Below, piece by piece: positions 44,024 to 52,673 of a stretch of 64,000 nucleotides of DNA. Position 1 is the first letter of the stretch. Every line of letters begins with the position of its first letter. This DNA comes from Anaerolineae bacterium (GTDB taxonomy: Bacteria; Chloroflexota; Anaerolineae; B4-G1; SLSP01): assembly GCA_034676805.1 (NCBI GenBank), contig JAXDDO010000024.1, positions 43,323 to 107,322 on the forward strand, given 5' to 3'. The position numbers and the translations under genes were made by a program. The notes under the pieces are model-generated. The model worked only from the letters and a program-made list of their open reading frames with translations. It was not told where the DNA came from and made no database searches.

Positions 44024-44910
44024 TCCTCATCCTCCATTCCTGGCTGCTCCGTAGAGCTCTCCGCCAACACAGAATCCGGCTTCTGCGGCTGCACCAGCGC
44101 ACGGGCCACAGTGTCGAGCAGCGCCGGCTCTCGCCACAACAAGGCGTCGATCTGCACCGCCGCAGCACCCAGCGTGAGACACGCCAGGGCATCCTCCGGC
44201 GACGCGATGCCGCCGCACGCGATCACAGGCACGGGCAACCGGCGTGCCCAGTAGGATAGCGTATCGAGCAATAGCGGAAAGAGCGCCGCGCCATAGAGAC
44301 GTCCTCGCATAAAGCGCGCAACGGCGCCGGCCCGTTCATCGCGCACCGGCAACACGGCTCTGGGGGGCGCAGTCAAGGTCAGCGCATCGGCACCGTGTGC
44401 TGCCAGGATGGGTGCAAGTCTTTCGACGCGTCCAAAAGGGATCTTGGCGATGACCGGCAGATCCCCCTCGTTGGCAGCAGCCTCCACGGTCGCCCGGGCA
44501 TCGCGCACCGAGATAGTCGCCGGGAACCCCAACTCGATGCCCGCAACGCCCGCAACGCCTGAAAGACGCGCGGCGGTCTGGGCTACCTCCTCGGGACGAG
44601 AGGCCAGCAGATGCACAATCACCGGAATCGGAAGCCGCTCCCAGGTCTCGCTATAGGTCCGTATCACACGGTTGAGCCCAGGATTGGGCCACCCCGTGTG
44701 CACGACGAAAGCGTCGCCCCGCACACCGATCCGCCGGCCTTGGGCTGTCCGTCGCGATCGCAGACTTACAGGATTGGTAACCACGGCGCCCAGCAGGGCC
44801 ACGTCGACCAGGTCTTGGTAGGCATCACCGTAGCCGAACGTGCCGCTCGCCGGCATGACCGGGACGGTCAGCGTGAGACCGTATTTGTGACGCGGCGCAA
44901 GTTCGACCAT
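44020..44910 (-). CDS. dihydroorotate dehydrogenase (class 1B PyrD)-like FMN protein with substituted catalytic residues
   Basis: TIM-barrel DHOD-family motifs (PASGTFGYG, HTGWPNPGL, IACGGIASPEDA). The NxSCPN catalytic loop is replaced by ELGFPATIS and the conserved Lys after the first strand is Asn (VVTNP). Start chosen at the ATG at 44908-44910. Confidence 0.65.
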   Translation of the reverse strand: MVELAPRHKYGLTLTVPVMPASGTFGYGDAYQDLVDVALLGAVVTNPVSLRSRRTAQGRRIGVRGDAFVVHTGWPNPGLNRVIRTYSETWERLPIPVIVHLLASRPEEVAQTAARLSGVAGVAGIELGFPATISVRDARATVEAAANEGDLPVIAKIPFGRVERLAPILAAHGADALTLTAPPRAVLPVRDERAGAVARFMRGRLYGAALFPLLLDTLSYWARRLPVPVIACGGIASPEDALACLTLGAAAVQIDALLWREPALLDTVARALVQPQKPDSVLAESSTEQPGMEDEE

Positions 44911-44918
44911 CGCTGATG

Positions 44919-45695
44919 CTACTCCCGGCGGAAGGCCAGCAAATCGAATACCGGCCCGTCCACGCAGGCCTGCCGCTCTCCACGTTGGGTCGCGACCCGG
45001 CACGCGTCACATGCGCCCACACCACAGGGCATCGGTACCCGCACCAGCGCCTGTGCCAGATCGGCCTGGGGCTGGATCCGGACCTCACTGACGCATTGGG
45101 CAAGCGCCGGGTAACGGTCGAGCTCGAAGGCAAAGCAGGCGCGCTCGGTCCAGGCGATCAACTCGCGGAGCCGCGGCCCGGCGCGTTCCAGGCCAGAGGG
45201 CACGGCCCCCTCCGCCTCTAGCGGCCCAAGATACCCAGCCGAACCGTCGAGGGTCACGAGTGTCAACTCCAGTGTCGGAGGAAAACGGGTTGGGGCCGGC
45301 AACTGCGCGCGCGTCGTTGCCTCCACCACCAGCGCCACGGCAGGGGCAGCCTGGAACAGGGGCTGAAGAAACGGCAGGAAACCCACCTGGGCCACCAGCA
45401 GCAATCGCGCCAGGGGATGTCCATCAGGGTTCAGACGAAATCCACGCCCCAGCGGGCCGATCACGTCGATCTCCGCGCCCGGGAGAAGCCGCAGCGCAGG
45501 ATGTCCAGGCGGAACAGCCGCCACAAACCCCGCCGAGTCGATCTCGGACGGAAATAGCGGCTCTCGCAGCGGACCTCCCAGATCCGCCAGCACGTAGGCC
45601 CCCGGCTCAGGAGGCTGCTCGAGAGCCAGGTGGATCTCCCAGAAGGGCGGCGCCGGACGCGCCCTACGCAAGATCGCCGTTTGACGCTTGACCAT
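44919..45695 (-). CDS. PyrK-like electron-transfer subunit (2Fe-2S) with a degenerate NAD-binding motif
   Basis: 258 aa with C-terminal PCGVGACDACRV...ACVDGPVF cysteines as in PyrK, and GPLGRGF. It has no GGGxGxxP motif. Confidence 0.6.
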   Translation of the reverse strand: MVKRQTAILRRARPAPPFWEIHLALEQPPEPGAYVLADLGGPLREPLFPSEIDSAGFVAAVPPGHPALRLLPGAEIDVIGPLGRGFRLNPDGHPLARLLLVAQVGFLPFLQPLFQAAPAVALVVEATTRAQLPAPTRFPPTLELTLVTLDGSAGYLGPLEAEGAVPSGLERAGPRLRELIAWTERACFAFELDRYPALAQCVSEVRIQPQADLAQALVRVPMPCGVGACDACRVATQRGERQACVDGPVFDLLAFRRE

Positions 45696-45854
45696 AATCG
45701 AAGTCCATCCACCCAGAAAAACTCAGATCTCCGGGATCGGGCCTGGAGGTATCCAGCTCAATCCCGGAGACCCGGTCCATCTTGAACAGCCCTTCCACTC
45801 GTGCGGGGCCTAGATCTATCTCAGACCACCACGGGTGGCGAATGAGAAGTGGGC

Positions 45855-47258
45855 CTAGATTGTGTGGATTGGTTTGCCGAAGACGCCGTGCGCCGCTTCC
45901 ATTACGGCTTCGTTCAGCGTCGGATGCGCGTGCACTGCGTTGGCGATCTCCTCAGGCGTAAGCTCCCACTGGGCCGCCAGTACCAGCTCCGGCAGGATCT
46001 CGGTTGCCTCGGGGCCCACGATCACCGCACCCACGATCTCGTGGCTCTGCGCATCGGACACAATCTTGACGAAACCCTCGTTCTCGCCCAAGGCCAGCGC
46101 CTTACCGTTGGGCAAGAAGGGGAACTTCCCCACCACCACCTCGGAAAGCTGGCTCCGGGCCTCGGCCTCACTCATACCAAACGACGCAACCTGGGGCGAG
46201 GTGTAAGTGCCCCGCGGCATCAACTGCCGATTGAAGGGCGTAGGGGCGTGGCCCGCGATCGCCTCGACCGCCAGGATGCCCTGAGCCGACGCCACGTGCG
46301 CCAACGGCAGACGTCCATTGAGATCCCCGATCGCATAGATGGTGGGGATGTTGGTGCGCATCATGTCGTCGACCTTGACCCAGCCACGGTCGACCCCGAC
46401 ACCCACCGTTTCCAGCCCAAGATCCTCGCTGTTCGGGCGCACGCCGATTGCGATGAGCGCCACCTCGGCCTCGAGGTCGCTCTCACCCTTCGAATCCTGC
46501 ACGTGAACAACGACGCCTGACTCAGTCCTGGTCACGCTCTGGACCCGTGTTGACGTGAGGGCCTTGATCTTCTGGCGACGCAGATAGCGCCCCAGCTCGG
46601 CTGCCGCCTCTTCATCCTCCGCCGGCAGGATGTGATCGAGCATCTCGACCACCTGCACGTCCGCGCCATACGAGCTCCAGACCGTGGCGAACTCCAGCCC
46701 GATTGGCCCGGCGCCGATGATGACGGCCGACTTGGGCAGCGTACGGCGCTCCAGGGCCTCCCGCGACGTCAGCACACGTTCGCCATCGACCTCCACGCCG
46801 GGAATCGTGCGCGCGCGCGCCCCGGTCGCCAGGATAATGGCGCCCGCGCTCAGCGTCTGTGTGCCGCCATCCGCCAGCGTGACCTCGACCTCCGTGGGCG
46901 ACTTCAGGCGACCGTGCCCTATCAACACATCGATGTTGTTCCCCTTCATCAATGCGCCAACACCCTTCACCAGGCGCGCCGAGACCTGGCGGCTCCGCTC
47001 GACCGCCTCACCGTAGTCGAGCTGGACGTTCTCGACACTGAAACCGAACGTCTTACCGCCTGCTGTAACCAGCCTGGCCACGTCGGCGTTACGCAGCAAT
47101 GCCTTTGTGGGAATGCACCCCCAGTTGAGACACACGCCCCCAAGGCTCTCCCGCTCCACCAACACCACGCGCATACCCAACTGCGCCGCGCGGATGGCGG
47201 CAACGTATCCCCCCGGCCCCGCGCCCACAACAACAACGTCGTATTCTGAACCAGCCAT
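45855..47258 (-). CDS. lpdA: dihydrolipoyl dehydrogenase
   Basis: 467 aa with FAD-binding GAGPGGYVAA and the redox disulfide GGVCLNWGCIPTK. Confidence 0.9.
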   Translation of the reverse strand: MAGSEYDVVVVGAGPGGYVAAIRAAQLGMRVVLVERESLGGVCLNWGCIPTKALLRNADVARLVTAGGKTFGFSVENVQLDYGEAVERSRQVSARLVKGVGALMKGNNIDVLIGHGRLKSPTEVEVTLADGGTQTLSAGAIILATGARARTIPGVEVDGERVLTSREALERRTLPKSAVIIGAGPIGLEFATVWSSYGADVQVVEMLDHILPAEDEEAAAELGRYLRRQKIKALTSTRVQSVTRTESGVVVHVQDSKGESDLEAEVALIAIGVRPNSEDLGLETVGVGVDRGWVKVDDMMRTNIPTIYAIGDLNGRLPLAHVASAQGILAVEAIAGHAPTPFNRQLMPRGTYTSPQVASFGMSEAEARSQLSEVVVGKFPFLPNGKALALGENEGFVKIVSDAQSHEIVGAVIVGPEATEILPELVLAAQWELTPEEIANAVHAHPTLNEAVMEAAHGVFGKPIHTI

Positions 47259-47963
47259 TCACAAGCTCCTTGTGTGCAGCCCCGCTTCACAGGGGTGCAC
47301 CAGTTTCTCAACCTCGGCAAACATGGTCTCGATACCGAGGTTGGTCGTATCAATCAGGATCGCGTCAGGTGCAGCCCGCAAGGGGGCCGTCTCACGCTCG
47401 CTGTCGATCGTGTCCCGCTGCCGGATGCCGGCCAGGACCTCATCGTAAGTGACCCGCTTGCCCTTCTCGCGAAGCTCCAGATATCGCCGCCGCGCGCGCT
47501 CGTCGGCCGACGCGATCACATAGAGCTTCAGGTCGGCATCCGGGATCACCACCGTGCCGATGTCGCGCCCTACCATTACCACCCGGCCCTGGCGGGCGAT
47601 GGCGCGCATTCGCCGGGTGAGCGCCTCACGGACGCCGGGATATGCCGATACCGGCGACACAGACGCCTCAACCCGCGGCGAGCGTATCTCCCAGGTCACG
47701 TCGCGACCATCGACACGCACCGTGCACTGCCGTCCATCATCTTCTGTCGGCGGCAGCACTTCGATATCGACCTGCTCGGCCAGCGCGGCCACACGTTCCT
47801 CGGCCTCGACCCGAATGCCCCGATCGAGCACCGCCCAGGTGGCAGCCCGGTATAGGACACCCGTGTCGAGGAAGAGATAGCCGAGATGGCCTGCCAGGTA
47901 GTAGCCAATGGTGCTCTTGCCGGACGCGGCAGGGCCGTCGATGGCAATCGTGAGGGGCTTCAT
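47259..47963 (-). CDS. cmk: cytidylate kinase
   Basis: 234 aa with P-loop IAIDGPAASGKST. Confidence 0.9.
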   Translation of the reverse strand: MKPLTIAIDGPAASGKSTIGYYLAGHLGYLFLDTGVLYRAATWAVLDRGIRVEAEERVAALAEQVDIEVLPPTEDDGRQCTVRVDGRDVTWEIRSPRVEASVSPVSAYPGVREALTRRMRAIARQGRVVMVGRDIGTVVIPDADLKLYVIASADERARRRYLELREKGKRVTYDEVLAGIRQRDTIDSERETAPLRAAPDAILIDTTNLGIETMFAEVEKLVHPCEAGLHTRSL

Positions 47964-48880
47964 GAACGCGTTCTCCCTGGCCCGCGTCGCGAGCGTGGGT
48001 TAGCCCCCGACGGGGTGCTATCCCCCGAGTCTCGCCGGGGCGCACCGGAGGTCGGGCGCGTCCCGCGTCCGGAGCCGCGTTTGTCACCGGAGCGCCCCTC
48101 TCCCCGCGACCCCCGGCGTTGCGGGCGGGGCGTGCCTTTCACCTCGCGCCGCAGAGCGCTCACCTCATCTTGGGTGAGGTGGCGCCACTTCCCCAATGCG
48201 AGGGTCCCCAACTGAAGCGGGCCCATCGTCACCCGAACCAGGCGTTGGCTCGGGTATCCCAGAGCCGCGACAATACGCTTGACCAGGTGCTTGCGCCCCT
48301 CGTGGACAGTTACACGGAGCCAGGTCTTCCCGTGTGAGCGCTCCTCGACCACGATGCGGTCGAAACGCGAGAGCCGGCCATCCAGTGTCACCCCGCGCCG
48401 CCAGCGATCCAGCGCCTCGGCGTCGGGCTCCCCTTCGATCAACACGCGGTAGATCCGCGGATGTTCATAGCGCGGGTGCGTCAGGCGTTGCGTGAGATCG
48501 CCATCATTGGTCAACAGGAGCAGGCCCTCGCTGTCGATATCGAGACGCCCTACCGGATAGAGCCGCAAGGGTTGGCGCTTGCGTGCACCCGGTAGCTCAA
48601 CCAGATCCAACACCGTCTTGCGGCCCTGAGGATCGCGCGTCGTAGTAACGTAGCCCCGTGGCTTGTGCACGATAATGTAGACGTGCGGCTGTGGCCGCGC
48701 CATCGGCACACCATCCACAAGGATGCGTTGTGTCTCGGGGTCTGCCTGATCACCGAGGTGGGCGATCTGGCCGTCGACGGTCACCCGTCCCGCCTCGATT
48801 ATCTCTTCACACGCCCGGCGCGAGCCGTAACCCGCGCGAGCCAGTAGTTTCTGTATGCGTTCGCTTGCCATCTTCGCCAT
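47960..48880 (-). CDS. rluB: pseudouridine synthase, RsuA/RluB family, with an Arg/Gly-rich C-terminal tail
   Basis: N-terminal S4 domain (RIQKLLARAGYGSRRACEEII), a PUS catalytic core (RLDIDSEGLLLLTNDG) and a C-terminal RG-rich tail. Confidence 0.85.
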   Translation of the reverse strand: MAKMASERIQKLLARAGYGSRRACEEIIEAGRVTVDGQIAHLGDQADPETQRILVDGVPMARPQPHVYIIVHKPRGYVTTTRDPQGRKTVLDLVELPGARKRQPLRLYPVGRLDIDSEGLLLLTNDGDLTQRLTHPRYEHPRIYRVLIEGEPDAEALDRWRRGVTLDGRLSRFDRIVVEERSHGKTWLRVTVHEGRKHLVKRIVAALGYPSQRLVRVTMGPLQLGTLALGKWRHLTQDEVSALRREVKGTPRPQRRGSRGEGRSGDKRGSGRGTRPTSGAPRRDSGDSTPSGANPRSRRGPGRTRS

Positions 48881-48995
48881 TATACCCGCATGGGGCGGAT
48901 TCGCGAGTCCGCCTCGGGCGACCTGGTCCCACAGGCTTTGATCATTCGGTGATATCGCCTATCATTGAGGTGGACTAACCAACCGGAGGCAGCCA

Positions 48996-49406
48996 ATGGC
49001 AATCGAGCTAATCTCCATCGTGATCTTCACCTTTGCCCTGGCGCTGCTGGGGCTGGGCGCCTTCACGTGGTGGATCGAGAGCAAGCGCCGTCGCTCGCTG
49101 GGAATCCTGATGATGGCCTCGGCGCTGTTGATCGCCACCGGTTACGCGTTTCTGGGCAGCCGATTCTCCATCGCCGCCTTTGGCCGGCTCATCATCACCA
49201 TCGACCTGCCGCGCCTCATGGCTACCGCCATTGTCTACACCATCGGTGTCATTGCGGGATTTGGATTGGCGGGAGGCGTGTTTCTCTGGATCTCAGGAAG
49301 GCTGATCAAGCCGACGGGGCTGGAGCGCAAGCTGGCGCTCTTCGTGGGCCTGATCCTCGTCATTGCCCTGATCATCAGCTTGGTTGCCATCAGGCTCAGC
49401 CACTGA
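48996..49406 (+). CDS. hypothetical small membrane protein (4 TM)
   Basis: 136 aa, strongly hydrophobic, with no recognised motif. Confidence 0.45.
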   Translation: MAIELISIVIFTFALALLGLGAFTWWIESKRRRSLGILMMASALLIATGYAFLGSRFSIAAFGRLIITIDLPRLMATAIVYTIGVIAGFGLAGGVFLWISGRLIKPTGLERKLALFVGLILVIALIISLVAIRLSH

Positions 49407-49433
49407 GGCCGGAGCCCCACCCGTCGCGGCTGG

Positions 49434-50606
49434 ATGCCGGAGGAGAGGGACGTCATGCTCTTTAGACGCGAGGATCTAGAAGCGCTTGAAGCGACAACAC
49501 TGGCGCCCTATGGGTTCCACAGTCGCGACTCCCGCGGTCGTGCCCACCCCGAAGCGGAGGCGGACTTCCGCACGTGCTTTCAGCGCGACCGCGACCGCAT
49601 CCTGCACACCAACGCCTTCCGCCGGCTGGAGTACAAGACCCAGGTGTTCGTCTACTCGGAAGGCGACTACTACCGCACCCGGCTAACGCACACGCTGGAG
49701 GTCGCGCAAATCGGGCGGTCGCTGGCCATTGCGCTCGGTGCCAACGAGGCGCTTGTCGAAGCGATCTGCCTGGCGCACGACCTCGGCCATCCTACCTTCG
49801 GGCATGCCGGCGAGCACACGCTCAACGCGTTGATGGCAGACCACGGCGGCTTCGACCACAATCAGCAGTCACTGCGCATTGTCGAAACGCTTGAGAGACG
49901 CTACCCCGAGTTCGACGGCCTGAATCTGTCGTGGGAAGTGCTCGAAGGGATCGTCAAACACGAGACCGATTACGACGTCGCCGACGCCACCCGCTTCTCT
50001 CCGAACCTCCGCGGGACGCTCGAGGCCCAGCTCGCGAACCCGGCAGATGAGCTGGCCTACAGCGCCCACGACCTCGATGATGGACTCTACGCCGGCATGA
50101 TCGCGCCGGAGGATCTGCAGGGCCTTGCGCTCTGGGAGGAGGTCAGGGAGAGCGTGGGTTGGGATGGAACGGGGTTCAACACGATGTGGCGCCACCGCAT
50201 TGTGCGGCGCCTTCTGGGGCTGCTCATCGACGACGCGATTGCTGCCACCACAGACCGGCTTCTCGCGACGGCCCCGGTTTCATCGCAGGCGCTACAAGCG
50301 CTGCCCCAGAACGTCGTCACCCTCACGCCCGATATGCTGGACAAGCTGGCGGAGCTCAAGCGGTTCTTGCTGGAGCGACTCTACCGGCATCCCCGCGTCA
50401 TGCGCATGCAGATCAAGGCCGAGCGGATCATCACGGCACTCTTCAGGGCCTACACAGAGGAGCCACGCCAACTGCCCTATTCTGAACAGGCCAAGCTCAA
50501 GGATCAGCCTCTACACCGGGTGGTCTGTGACTACATCGCCGGAATGACGGACCGCTACGCACTGCAGGAGTACGCCAAGCTCTTCGACCCTATGGAGCAA
50601 GTCTGA
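49434..50606 (+). CDS. dgt: dGTP triphosphohydrolase-like HD-domain protein
   Basis: 390 aa with the HD motif (RLTHTLEVAQIGRSLA...HDLGHPTFGHAGE). Confidence 0.85.
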   Translation: MPEERDVMLFRREDLEALEATTLAPYGFHSRDSRGRAHPEAEADFRTCFQRDRDRILHTNAFRRLEYKTQVFVYSEGDYYRTRLTHTLEVAQIGRSLAIALGANEALVEAICLAHDLGHPTFGHAGEHTLNALMADHGGFDHNQQSLRIVETLERRYPEFDGLNLSWEVLEGIVKHETDYDVADATRFSPNLRGTLEAQLANPADELAYSAHDLDDGLYAGMIAPEDLQGLALWEEVRESVGWDGTGFNTMWRHRIVRRLLGLLIDDAIAATTDRLLATAPVSSQALQALPQNVVTLTPDMLDKLAELKRFLLERLYRHPRVMRMQIKAERIITALFRAYTEEPRQLPYSEQAKLKDQPLHRVVCDYIAGMTDRYALQEYAKLFDPMEQV

Positions 50607-50774
50607 CTCACGCAGGTTTCCCAGCGTAGGCCGAGCGCCTGGCCAGCACAGAGGTAGCTCAGATTGGCCATGCAGCCGGTCGAGTGAGGGGAAGGCCAGC
50701 ATCTCCATTGCACGCGCACCCGCCTGGCCCGCAGGCACACGTGGCGACTGCTGCACTGCCCGTGGCAGAGAAGG

Positions 50775-50987
50775 CTAGAGTGCGTCGCCGAGGAGGATAC
50801 CCAGCAGCCCGATGATCACCCCCAACTGAAGCAAGAGGTCCGTCTTCGCCAGCCACTCAATCACCGGCCAGGGCGGAAGCAGACTGAGGATCAGGTTCAG
50901 CAGGACCAAGCCGACAGCGACCAGCACGGGAAGGCCCTTGCGTTGCGCCAGGAAGTCACCCGCTAGCCTGAGGAACTTGGTCACCAT
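50775..50987 (-). CDS. hypothetical small membrane protein (~70 aa)
   Basis: Start chosen at the ATG at 50985-50987 with AAGGAG 10 nt upstream. Two hydrophobic helices. The longer ORF to 51284 has no RBS and atypical composition. Confidence 0.35.
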   Translation of the reverse strand: MVTKFLRLAGDFLAQRKGLPVLVAVGLVLLNLILSLLPPWPVIEWLAKTDLLLQLGVIIGLLGILLGDAL

Positions 50988-51160
50988 GTCGACAGGTCTC
51001 CTTCGCGCCAGATTGTAGCACAGGTGGCACCGGCCGCAAAAGGAGAAATCGGGGGCTGAGCGCATTGATTTTGCACGGAAACCATAGTAAAATATATATG
51101 GATCAATTTTATAAAGCGTGTTTCGGCACGGTCCCAGATCCAAACCCGAGGAGGTAACTA

Positions 51161-51619
51161 ATGGTTGAGATTGGTATGCAAGCTCCGGATTTCGAGTTGG
51201 TCTCAGACACGGGGGAGCAGGTTCAGTTGTCGAGCTTCCGCGGTCAGAAGGTGCTCCTGTACTTCTATCCCAAGGCTGATACACCCGGATGCACCAAGCA
51301 GGCCTGTGCCTTGCGCGATGCCTACCCGCAGATCGAGGCTGGCGACGCGGTCGTGATTGGCATCAGCCCAGACGATCCCGAAGCGTTGCAGAAATTCCGA
51401 CGCAAGTATGACTTACCGTTCATCCTGCTCTCAGATCCGGACCATCAGGTAGCCGCCGCCTATGGCGCTTGGGGCGAGAAACACACCTTCGGCAAGACGT
51501 ATGAGGGCATCATCCGCAGCCACTTCGCAATCGACAGCGACGGGCGTCTGGCTGAAGGTGAGTTGCAGGTCAAGCCCCTATCAACGGCCGACCTGGCGCT
51601 GAAACTGGTCGAAATCTGA
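51161..51619 (+). CDS. bcp: thioredoxin-dependent peroxiredoxin Bcp
   Basis: 152 aa with the peroxidatic motif FYPKADTPGCTKQAC and GAGGAGG 7 nt upstream. Confidence 0.9.
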   Translation: MVEIGMQAPDFELVSDTGEQVQLSSFRGQKVLLYFYPKADTPGCTKQACALRDAYPQIEAGDAVVIGISPDDPEALQKFRRKYDLPFILLSDPDHQVAAAYGAWGEKHTFGKTYEGIIRSHFAIDSDGRLAEGELQVKPLSTADLALKLVEI

Positions 51620-51715
51620 CAGAGCTGCCTATGGGCTCACGGCGCCGCTGCCAGAGAAGCAACGCTGGCCAACCGGCAGGGCGCCTCTCTGTGCGTACAA
51701 CAATACCCCACAACA

Positions 51716-51742
51716 AGCCGCTTCCCCTTGGGGAAGCGGCTA
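51716..51742. terminator. bidirectional intrinsic terminator between convergent bcp and the FHA gene
   Basis: A 12-bp perfect stem (AGCCGCTTCCCC ttg GGGGAAGCGGCT) flanked by A-rich 5' and T-containing 3' sequence. Confidence 0.5.
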
Positions 51743-51784
51743 CTGTTTGGAGCCCGTTGGCGACACAGAGTCGCCTGTGTGAGA

Positions 51785-52498
51785 CTAGAGCCAGAGAAGA
51801 CTGGCCAGGTTGACCAGCATCCCCGTCGGCATCGGAATCCCCAACAGATCGAAGACCCGCTCCCAGAACGTCGCCGGAGCAAACCACAGATAGACACCGG
51901 CTGCAATGCAGAGACAGAGCAAGACGACCAACACGCCGATCACGGCGTAAAGAGCCCGCGGTCGTTTGCGGACAGGAGCCGGACCCGCGGCAGGGGCAGG
52001 TGTCTCATACTGTACGGCAGGGGCATACGGCTCGTAGACAACCTCTTGGGAGACCGGCGGTTGATAAGGTTCATCGAACGCGCGACCGCCCGCCGGCACG
52101 GTAGGCTGAGGCTGGTAATCCGGCCCTTCGGGAATCACCTGCGTGCCTCCCCTGCCACTACCGGACCCCAACACCTCCGTTCGAATCAGCTCTTCGGCAA
52201 CGTACTCCATACTCACGTAGTCCGCAAGCCGGATGACGTCACCCGACGCAAGCCGCTGGGGTTCGACCAGACGCCGGTTGTTCACGAAGGTGCCGTTGGT
52301 GCTCCCCATGTCTTCGATCACGGCGCCCGCAGGCAACAGCCGGATCTGTGCGTGATGGCGGGAGATGCGCGAGCTATCGAGCATAATGGTGTTGTCGGAG
52401 GCGCGCCCCAACGTGCACACCATGCCCTGGAGTTGGTAGGTCCGCCCCGTATCTGGACCTTCTGTGACCACCAAACGGTGCTGCCTCTGGCTCTCCAT
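51785..52498 (-). CDS. FHA-domain protein with a Pro-rich linker and C-terminal TM anchor
   Basis: N-terminal FHA domain (LGRASDNTIMLDSSRISRHHAQI...GSTNGTFVNN) and a C-terminal TM (LYAVIGVLVVLLCLCIAAGVYLWF). Confidence 0.75.
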   Translation of the reverse strand: MESQRQHRLVVTEGPDTGRTYQLQGMVCTLGRASDNTIMLDSSRISRHHAQIRLLPAGAVIEDMGSTNGTFVNNRRLVEPQRLASGDVIRLADYVSMEYVAEELIRTEVLGSGSGRGGTQVIPEGPDYQPQPTVPAGGRAFDEPYQPPVSQEVVYEPYAPAVQYETPAPAAGPAPVRKRPRALYAVIGVLVVLLCLCIAAGVYLWFAPATFWERVFDLLGIPMPTGMLVNLASLLWL

Positions 52499-52673
52499 GC
52501 CGTCCTCCTGTTCCCATCGATGAACGGACCTGCACGCTGGGACCAGTATACTCTGACGCGGAAGTCAGGCAACCGGCGTCAAGGGCGCCGCGGCCTCTTT
52601 GGCTAAGCGATTCCAGGTGGTACAATGCCTTCGCAGCGCTCGACAGCGACACCACAGAAAGGGAGATCCAACG

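Noticed and set aside
45716-45769. Hairpin (CTCCGGGAT...ATCCCGGAG) plus T5 as a terminator for lpdA
   Set aside because: It lies only ~20 nt upstream of the pyrK-like start and would leave no room for that gene's promoter. It may be a weak attenuator or coincidental, so it is not listed as a feature.
50655-50700. tRNA-like D-loop string (GTAGCTCAGATTGG) in the dgt downstream gap
   Set aside because: No acceptor stem pairing, no T-loop (GTTCGANTCC), no anticodon arm. This is a chance match.
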